From positions 1 to 49,494 of IMG/VR virus record IMGVR_UViG_3300019476_000014: a stretch of DNA of 49,494 nt; one strand, given 5' to 3'. The stretch's first letter is position 1. Each line of letters starts with the position of its first letter. A model generated the notes under the pieces. That model did not search any database and was not told the DNA's origin. It worked only from the letters and a program-made list of their open reading frames with translations. A program made the translations under genes and the position numbers. This DNA is from a virus. Below are positions 18,406 through 24,154 of the stretch, one piece after another.

Positions 18406-18723
18406 TCAGGCCGTCTTATCAACCAGCGCCCACGAGAGGGCTTCCTCGCTGCTCTGGTCACTTGCGCTCCAGTGGATAGCGTCGAGGGCAGTGTCCCAAG
18501 GGTCAGTTTCATTCGCCTCTAGGCCGTGCAGTCGTGGCTCCTGCGCAAGCTCATCCAGCTCCTTGAACTCTGCGTCGTGCAGCCAGTAAGTGAACAGTGG
18601 CACATTCACGTTGTACTTGATATTGTGATGCCCCCAATCAGACTCCCAGCCGCTAATGTCATGCACACCACCGTTACTGTCGGTGAACTGGAACTCTGGA
18701 TGGTCGAGGAGACCTGTGTACAT
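18406..18723 (-). CDS. Acidic hypothetical protein (105 aa as called)
   Basis: ORF-track ORF. No SD before this ATG; a strong RBS plus ATG lies 73 nt upstream but out of frame (see the GACT repeat finding). Confidence 0.5.
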   Translation of the reverse strand: MYTGLLDHPEFQFTDSNGGVHDISGWESDWGHHNIKYNVNVPLFTYWLHDAEFKELDELAQEPRLHGLEANETDPWDTALDAIHWSASDQSSEEALSWALVDKTA

Positions 18724-18770
18724 GCACAGCTCACAGGACCCGTCAGTGTCCGTGTATGTGTTGTCGCTGT

Positions 18771-18786
18771 AGTCAGTCAGTCAGTC
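18771..18786. repeat. Tetranucleotide repeat (AGTC)4, read as (GACT)4 on the coding strand
   Basis: gtAGTCAGTCAGTCAGTCgcag read directly. Confidence 0.95.
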
Positions 18787-18818
18787 GCAGTTTCATGCTG
18801 TTTCTCCCTTCATTGTGG

Positions 18819-18904
18819 TGGTCCCCTTGATGAGAGTCGAACTCATACTCCTTACTGGAACCCGGGTTTGAGCCGAGCGCGTCTGCCTGTTCCGCCACAA
18901 GGGG
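18819..18904 (-). tRNA. tRNA-Leu (anticodon CAA), class II, CCA encoded
   Basis: Hand fold of the reverse complement: CCCCTTG-TG-GCG/GAACAGGCAGA/CGC-G-CTCGG/CTCAAAC/CCGGG-TTCCAGTAAGGAGT-ATGAG/TTCGACT/CTCAT-CAAGGGG-A-CCA. Features: 7/7 acceptor pairs, 3-bp D stem, long variable arm, 86 nt. Confidence 0.85.
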
Positions 18905-18961
18905 GGTGGTGCCTCCCAGTGTTCACCGTCCCTTGCTTGCAAGGTACTGAGAGGCTATTCA

Positions 18962-18990
18962 GTTATATGTTCAGCATAGCACTAGTACAA
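18962..18990 (-). promoter_or_regulatory. Candidate promoter for tRNA-Leu (TTGTAC-17-TATAAC)
   Basis: Read on the minus strand: TTGTACtagtgctatgctgaacaTATAAC, about 55 nt upstream of the tRNA 5' end. Confidence 0.3.
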
Positions 18991-18993
18991 ACA

Positions 18994-19338
18994 CTATGCT
19001 TCGTGACCTGGATCAATCAACACATTGACGTAATCCTGTTCCAGGATCAAGGCAAGAAGCACGTCAGCATCTTGCCGGATAACTTCAGCCTCAAAGCGGT
19101 TAACCGTCACCCAATGCTGGTCAGTCACCTTCAGATAAGTCCCGTGCTTCTCAGTGACAACGACACTGCCCTTGGTCGTAATGTCATTGAAGTCCTCACA
19201 ACTCAGGATAGTTGTGACTTCTCGCTTGCCGACACCCTCTGCATGCAGGATCTTCACCTTATCAAGGCCCATTGTGTGAAGCTTCTTGTAGCCGGCCCGC
19301 ACCTCATCAAAGGTGTCAATGTATTCCTGGTTGTTCAT
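18994..19338 (-). CDS. Hypothetical protein (114 aa)
   Basis: Start MNNQEYID with RBS ggaaggagaaaaacgATG. Confidence 0.6.
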   Translation of the reverse strand: MNNQEYIDTFDEVRAGYKKLHTMGLDKVKILHAEGVGKREVTTILSCEDFNDITTKGSVVVTEKHGTYLKVTDQHWVTVNRFEAEVIRQDADVLLALILEQDYVNVLIDPGHEA

Positions 19339-19472
19339 CGTTTTTCTCCTTCCAATAGCTGTTTGCAGTATTTCAATACAAGACCCCAACTAGAGTTGTA
19401 GGGGTTGTAGCGATGTTCAAGATTAGCTATAGTCTTAATTTCTTGAACAATGCGTCGTTCGTTAGAGTCCAT
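19335..19472 (-). CDS. Small hypothetical protein (45 aa, below the track cutoff)
   Basis: Hand translation: MDSNERRIVQEIKTIANLEHRYNPYNSSWGLVLKYCKQLLGEKR-type ORF. Its stop overlaps the next ATG (ATGA). Confidence 0.3.
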   Translation of the reverse strand: MDSNERRIVQEIKTIANLEHRYNPYNSSWGLVLKYCKQLLEGEKR

Positions 19473-19552
19473 CATGCTTCCACCATTGCTCGATCAATCT
19501 GAAGCATCATTTTTGCAAACAACTGTACAGTGTTCCAGTCGGCATCATCTCT

Positions 19553-19744
19553 CTATGAGTGTGCAATAGCATAAATTTCAACAACATCTTGAAACTGGTG
19601 GTAGTTGAGGCTTTCTAGCTCAGGACTGTCGAAATTCAGAACAATCTCACTAAACTTTGCTACCTTATCCCACTCGACACTATCCTGTTGAGATTGAGCA
19701 ATGCTACCAATTTCCTTAGTCAGGCTGGCCAATTCAGCATTCAT
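19553..19744 (-). CDS. Hypothetical protein (63 aa)
   Basis: Start MNAELASL with RBS aaaggaggagactaATG. Confidence 0.55.
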   Translation of the reverse strand: MNAELASLTKEIGSIAQSQQDSVEWDKVAKFSEIVLNFDSPELESLNYHQFQDVVEIYAIAHS

Positions 19745-19920
19745 TAGTCTCCTCCTTTCAATTCCGAGTACTTCCAAGTCTTAATGTCACCATATGTAAA
19801 CATAATGGTGCAATCTTCACGCCTACGACGATGTGAAGCCCTATGACTGGCGATACCAAGATAGTTAAAAGACCTACAACAGGTACAGCAATAGCAATCT
19901 TTAGTCAGTCTTGCTCTCAT
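19744..19920 (-). CDS. Small Cys-rich protein (58 aa), possible zinc-binding
   Basis: Hand translation: MRARLTKDCYCCTCCRSFNYLGIASHRASHRRRREDC... Coupled at both ends (ATGA upstream, TAATG downstream). Confidence 0.45.
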   Translation of the reverse strand: MRARLTKDCYCCTCCRSFNYLGIASHRASHRRRREDCTIMFTYGDIKTWKYSELKGGD

Positions 19921-20153
19921 TTATTCATCCAGTCATAGATCATTGCTTCAGCGACACCCTGGCACGAGTCATAGTCCTTAGCATAATCAGGGTACAGCTC
20001 TTCAAGGGCATCGTTCGTATCCCACCAACCCTGCCAGTTATCTACTCCCAGATAGTCAGCAACGTTCATGCTCACTGCCTGTGAAAAGACTTCACGAAGC
20101 CACTCTTCAGTGACGACGAACTTACCATCACCAATGTACTGAACGCTATTCAT
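19917..20153 (-). CDS. Hypothetical protein (78 aa)
   Basis: Start MNSVQYIG overlaps the upstream stop (TGATG). Confidence 0.55.
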   Translation of the reverse strand: MNSVQYIGDGKFVVTEEWLREVFSQAVSMNVADYLGVDNWQGWWDTNDALEELYPDYAKDYDSCQGVAEAMIYDWMNK

Positions 20154-20365
20154 CACACCAGCACCATCCAATCTTCCTCGACAGTCTTAGACATTAGATC
20201 ATCCGACATACCGGAACTAAGAAGAATATCCATCTGATTCACCCAGAAGTACCCATACTCCTCAGTAACCACCTTAAAGTACCTATTACCCTCTGTATCG
20301 ATCAGAACAGCACCAAGCGCGAGACGACCAAACGGAATAGGCAGCTCACTGAACTTAATAAGCAT
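20153..20365 (-). CDS. Hypothetical protein (70 aa)
   Basis: ATG overlaps the lipoprotein gene stop (TGATG). Confidence 0.55.
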   Translation of the reverse strand: MLIKFSELPIPFGRLALGAVLIDTEGNRYFKVVTEEYGYFWVNQMDILLSSGMSDDLMSKTVEEDWMVLV

Positions 20366-20763
20366 CAGTTATCGCCTCCACTGACCTGTACATCGATATC
20401 AGGCAGCAGCTCTTCAGGACGGAACTGCACCTTATAGTGATAAGTATCCACAGATGCAGGGTCCATCTGCTCCACGAAGTAAGTGACGTTATCTGAGATA
20501 CCCAGATAATGCTTCTTGTACTCTCCGTCACCCGTCTTGCAGGTGACCTCAAGCTGAGCATCCTCCTTATCCTTCGTGATCGAACACAAACCTTCGATGC
20601 TGAGAAGGTACTTATCAGTGATACCATTGACAAAGACAACCCTGCGCATCACACGGAAGTTATCCGAGTCATTGCTCAGGTTGTACGAGGCCGTCTGAGC
20701 CGGGGTACAAGCCCCAAGAGACAGCATGAGTGCACCTGTAATGGCAACCAGCTTACGGTTCAT
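20365..20763 (-). CDS. Putative lipoprotein
   Basis: MNRKLVAITGALMLSLGAC: signal peptide with lipobox L-S-L-G-A-C. Confidence 0.7.
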   Translation of the reverse strand: MNRKLVAITGALMLSLGACTPAQTASYNLSNDSDNFRVMRRVVFVNGITDKYLLSIEGLCSITKDKEDAQLEVTCKTGDGEYKKHYLGISDNVTYFVEQMDPASVDTYHYKVQFRPEELLPDIDVQVSGGDN

Positions 20764-20930
20764 TTGTTCTCATTCTCCTTTGCAAGATATTCGACAACAG
20801 TCATTGCACGGCGATACTCATGTGTTGCATATGCAGCATAAGCGTCAGCCTCATCTTTGGTTTCAAAAAGACCAATGATGCCAGGGTCATCACAGTCCGA
20901 GTCCCATACAGCGTACAGTGTATCCAACAT
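20760..20930 (-). CDS. Small acidic hypothetical protein (56 aa, below the track cutoff)
   Basis: Hand translation: MLDTLYAVWDSDCDDPGIIGLFETKDEADAYAAYATHEYRRAMTVVEYLAKENENK. RBS gaaggagaattgaaATG; the stop overlaps the next ATG (ATGA). Confidence 0.5.
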   Translation of the reverse strand: MLDTLYAVWDSDCDDPGIIGLFETKDEADAYAAYATHEYRRAMTVVEYLAKENENK

Positions 20931-21120
20931 TTCAATTCTCCTTCAGATTGTATTCGACAATAACTTCTGATCATTCAGCTTCTTTAAGCGACATCACGAT
21001 CCGTGAACGTAGTAGTATCATAGGGATTCTCCCACGTCTATGCTCGACTCCTTTCAAATGTCACCAACTCATTAACAGGCTCCACAGTAACCTCTAGAAC
21101 CATCATAGATGGTGCCTCTT

Positions 21121-21317
21121 TCAAGGGCACCCAACCCCGACAGTAAAGGCTTCAGAGTCATCCCACGCTGTCTCCAAGTCATAGCGGACAAACGCTTGCT
21201 CATGCTCAGTGAACACATCATCAATGCAGATCACACGCATCCACCACCTGCATCGAACGTCATGTAATCCTTCGACAGGAACTCGTATGCTTTAAACTCA
21301 GCAGCCGTGTTCTTCAT
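21121..21317 (-). pseudogene. Possible frameshifted small gene (28-codon and 39-codon ORFs overlapping in different frames)
   Basis: MKNTAAEFKAYEFLSKDYMTFDAGGGCV* (the ATG overlaps the upstream stop) is followed by MRVICIDDVFTEHEQAFVRYDLETAWDDSEAFTVGVGCP* in another frame. Confidence 0.25.
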
Positions 21318-21646
21318 CAGATAATCCCATAGTGGACGACACGCACGACACCATGAGTCGAACGAACAATATCAGCGAACTCCTCGTGGGTGTACGTATG
21401 ACCGTCGAATCCGACCCACACCAACTCATTGCGGCTGCCATCACCAACGACGCGCATTGCTTCCCAGGTGCCGACACAGATGACAGTGCCTGCCTCGATG
21501 TCGAAGGAGTCCATCACGATTCGTAGGCACTCAGGAGTGAAGCACTCAAACTGCGTGCTGGTGAGGTCGGATGTGTTGGTGGTGGTGATATTGGCTTCCT
21601 CAAGGGCTTTGACGAATGCCTTGATGAGCGGGTCAAGCTCAGTCAT
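21317..21646 (-). CDS. Hypothetical protein (109 aa)
   Basis: Start MTELDPLI with RBS aaggagaacaacaATG. Confidence 0.6.
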   Translation of the reverse strand: MTELDPLIKAFVKALEEANITTTNTSDLTSTQFECFTPECLRIVMDSFDIEAGTVICVGTWEAMRVVGDGSRNELVWVGFDGHTYTHEEFADIVRSTHGVVRVVHYGII

Positions 21647-21935
21647 TGTTGTTCTCCTTGTCCGTGTTGGTGTCCGTGTTGGTGTCCAAGGGGTCAAACA
21701 GGATCACGGGCAGGTTGGTGGTGTCTTTGTGTATCCGGGCCGCGAACTGTTCGTGGCTAAGGCAGCGGCCTGTCTTGGCGTGTATCCACTGGTGAGGCCC
21801 CTTTGAGGCATCGACAAGCACGAAGATGTGGTTCCTGAGGCGTACGACAGTGCCGGGGACCATATTGTATGTGGCGATCCTTTGTGGGTTGCCGAGGTTG
21901 GTCAAGGCAATGAACTCACTGGGTTGTAGGTTCAT
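21639..21935 (-). CDS. Hypothetical protein (98 aa), first gene of the leftward arm
   Basis: RBS gaaaggagaaaacATG. The C-terminal TNTDTNTD is encoded by a 12-nt tandem repeat at 21661-21684. Confidence 0.6.
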   Translation of the reverse strand: MNLQPSEFIALTNLGNPQRIATYNMVPGTVVRLRNHIFVLVDASKGPHQWIHAKTGRCLSHEQFAARIHKDTTNLPVILFDPLDTNTDTNTDKENNND

Positions 21936-21963
21936 GTTTTCTCCTTTCGTTGTTGATACTCAT

Positions 21964-21992
21964 ATCTTAGCAGCCAATCAGTGAGTATGCAA
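21964..21992 (-). promoter_or_regulatory. Candidate leftward promoter (TTGCAT-17-TAAGAT)
   Basis: Minus strand reads gggtcaagtcacgTTGCATactcactgattggctgcTAAGATatg..., about 30 nt before the first leftward gene. An iteron-type motif abuts the -35. Confidence 0.4.
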
Positions 21993-22672
21993 CGTGACTT
22001 GACCCACTACCTACTAGCCCCATAGAAAGGTGGGTATGCACTGAAAATACACGCGGGGGTATGACACCCCCGCCTCTCCCCTTCCCCCTATAGCATTTGA
22101 TTTTCTTTTTGTCAAGTCGAGGGGCCCCCAAATCCCCTCCCATGTTCCTCTACCACAACTCCCCCAATTTGTCAAATTATGCGCCCCTGGTCAATGTGTA
22201 AAGACAATCTTGTCACTCTGTCAACTCAAGTCCCCCTCCAACTCGCGTGACTTGCATCATATGACCCCAGTCACAAATCAATGCTGCGTGACTTGCATCA
22301 TGTGATGCATTTCATACTGCGTGACTCACATCATATGACCTGACTCACATTTTCAATGCTGCGTGTCCTCTGTCACGTACAGCTGCGTGACTTGCATCAT
22401 GTGATCTCCGTCACCTGCGTTGTTCACCCCACATGATCTACATCACGATAGTGGTCCAGGACACAAGAATAAAGCTTACTCGGAAATTATACTCGGGTTA
22501 ATACTTAACCTCACCGTTACCTTCGTGACTTGCAACCTAGGACTTTAGTCATGCATCGTGACCTGCATTACATGACCTGGATCACACTTCGTGACTCACA
22601 CCACGTGATAGACACCACAAGCGCAGACCCCCATTTTTGCGAAAGTCTTTTTCCTGCGTGACCACACTCACG
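21993..22672 (+). repeat. Repeat array A: about 10 direct copies of the (C)TGCGTGACTTGCATCATGTGA family
   Basis: Copies read at 21993, 22245, 22284, 22317, 22358 (degenerate), 22383, 22521, 22554, 22587 and 22654. The best three are identical over about 20 nt; spacing is irregular (about 30-120 nt). Confidence 0.85.
22053..22073. other. GC hairpin gcggggg-tatgaca-cccccgc
   Basis: Perfect 7-bp inverted repeat read directly. Confidence 0.6.
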
Positions 22673-22780
22673 AAGCACAAGTAAAGTCGTGTTTACCTTT
22701 GTATCAACTTGCACGAACTGACATGATCTATTCGTCAGAGTGTCAGGAGAAAAAATTCTCGCGAAAACCCCCTTTTTCGC

Positions 22781-22980
22781 TGATTATTTCTAGATTTTTC
22801 TCTTAAAATACAATCAGCAAATTATTACCTACAGAGAATAGTCATAAAACATAGTTGTAATAATCATGTTCTATACACAAGATGTTCTAAAATAGATAAT
22901 ATTCTTAATACTATAGATAATATTATTACTAATAAAGAAAATAAAAAGATCCACGTAAAGAAATCATAGAAAAGTAGTAG
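22781..22980. other. AT-rich island (possible DNA unwinding element or curved DNA)
   Basis: Hand counts of three 60-nt lines (22801, 22861, 22921) give 15, 12 and 13 G+C, i.e. 20-25 %. TAGATAATATT recurs at 22893 and 22914, 21 nt apart. Confidence 0.7.
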
Positions 22981-23386
22981 GTGGTCAGTTTTTACTCATG
23001 TGTCCCCCGTCACCCTTCTGTGGAAAAAACGCTCTAAAACGCCCTCTCACGCTCTTATCTCCCCCTACCTAGGCCATGACACTATCCCCACCCTAAAACT
23101 CGCTCAGATCGCCTTCTAGACCCCTTAACGACGGTCCTAGCATCCAACGTCAGCCTCTAACCCTGTTGTCGCCACGCTGTGCATACGCGTATACCACATC
23201 AGCTTTCAAAATGCAAAACCGTTCCGTATTTTGAGATGTCAAGTAAAACGCATGTCTTAAGCCTAAAGTGTTATCTGTTTCACTCTTAAATTCCTTGACT
23301 TTTTTCTTTCGAAGGTATAAACTGTCAGGGTCACCGCCCTCAGTATGTGTAGAGAACACACAGCACGCACCAAAGCAACGAGGCCG

Positions 23387-23706
23387 CTAAGGGGGGCTGT
23401 CGAACCGTAACACGACACAGGGGGCTGTCGAGCAGATCTAAGGGGGGCCGTGCACAGCAACGAAGCACACAGGCATGAGGCCTGTCGAAGCACCCTTATG
23501 TCGAACACAGCATGCCCATGCACATAAGGGGGTGTCGAAGCACGAACACGCCTAAGGCCTGCTGTCGAACACACACACACACGCCTAAGGGGGTGTCGAA
23601 GGCGCTTGAAGGGCCGCTAAGCCTTGTCGTAGTAGCTAGGGGCCTTGTCGTAGTAACGAGGGGGGCTCCCCCCTTGCTCGTCGTAGCTGCCTTGCCCCTG
23701 TCGCTC
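23387..23706 (+). repeat. Repeat array B: about 10-12 copies of (C)TAAGGGGG(C)TGTCGAA(G/C), with degenerate CCTTGTCGTAGTA variants
   Basis: Copies read at 23387, 23417, 23438, 23477, 23495, 23524, 23551, 23584, 23616, 23636 and 23694. Also an (AC)7 run at 23569-23582 and the palindrome GGGGGGCTCCCCCC at 23660-23673. Confidence 0.8.
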
Positions 23707-23724
23707 AAACACCTCGCACACGAT

Positions 23725-23742
23725 GTGATGCAGGTCACGCAG
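23725..23742 (-). repeat. Inverted copy of the array A motif next to the rightward promoter candidate
   Basis: The plus strand reads gtgatgcaggtcacgcag, which is the reverse complement of CTGCGTGACCTGCATCAC. It ends 8 nt before the TTGACA -35. Confidence 0.7.
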
Positions 23743-23749
23743 ACTTGAG

Positions 23750-23779
23750 TTGACACTCTGACAGACGCTGCGCTAAGCT
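23750..23779 (+). promoter_or_regulatory. Candidate rightward promoter (TTGACA-18-TAAGCT)
   Basis: agTTGACActctgacagacgctgcgcTAAGCTtgag. The -10 resembles that of the leftward candidate. Confidence 0.4.
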
Positions 23780-23883
23780 TGAGTCATCGGCAAGGGAAAC
23801 AGCCCAAAGGCCAAAACCAAAGACCGCCGTGAGGCGGGCAAGCCCCCTGATCCGAACGATCTTGACTGTAAACTAAATGACGT

Positions 23884-23939
23884 GGAAGGCGACGGCTTGC
23901 ACCGTCGCGACGGGGTTGGCACCCCTGTCGAACGCTTCC
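23884..23939 (+). ncRNA. Compact three-way-junction RNA fold (function unknown)
   Basis: Outer helix ggaag..cttcc encloses two hairpins with the same 5' arm: cgacgg-cttgca-ccgtcg and cgacgggg-ttggca-cccc(t)gtcg. Confidence 0.3.
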
Positions 23940-23991
23940 ACAGGCCAGATGCTAGCGCACAGGGTAGCCGCCCACCGCGCTGCATACTTCA

Positions 23992-24058
23992 GAGCCGCGC
24001 CCCTGTCGTGCTGAGCGACGGTGGCGGGTGAAGGCAGGTTCGATTCCTGCCCGGCTCA
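23992..24058 (+). ncRNA. tRNA-like element TL1 (67 nt): acceptor stem, one long hairpin, canonical T-arm; no D-arm, no CCA
   Basis: gagccg(c)...(c)cggctc acceptor helix (6 bp plus a C-C), central hairpin cgcc-c-ctgtcg/TGCTGAG/cgacgg-t-ggcg, T-arm gcagg/TTCGATT/cctgc, then A. Confidence 0.45.
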
Positions 24059-24154
24059 CGACGACACACGTCACGAAGCTTCCAGTTGACAGAGTGACAA
24101 CACCCCGTGTAAGCTGAAGCCACAACAAACCAAACGAGACCGAAAGGCCCAACC

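Noticed and set aside
22251-22400. TTGCAT hexamers inside array A units acting as multiple rightward promoters
   Set aside because: No TAnnnT-type -10 element lies 16-19 nt downstream of any of them (the sequences there are aaatca, tactgc and ctgcgt).
22245-22672. A CRISPR array hypothesis for repeat array A
   Set aside because: The repeat units are about 20 nt with irregular 10-100-nt intervals, and the copies are degenerate. There is no leader/spacer regularity and there are no cas genes.
23295-23321. A promoter-like TTGACT ... TATAAA
   Set aside because: The spacer is only 15 nt by my count, which is too short for a canonical sigma-70/SigA-type promoter. The candidate at 23750-23779 has better geometry. 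It is kept only as a weak possibility.
23770-24058. A tmRNA hypothesis (structured RNA ending in a T-arm plus acceptor 3' strand)
   Set aside because: The only complement of the 3' strand is 67 nt upstream, not 300-400 nt. Position 3:70 would be G-C rather than the G-U alanine identity pair. There is no CCA, and I could find no tag-like reading frame ending in ..ALAA.
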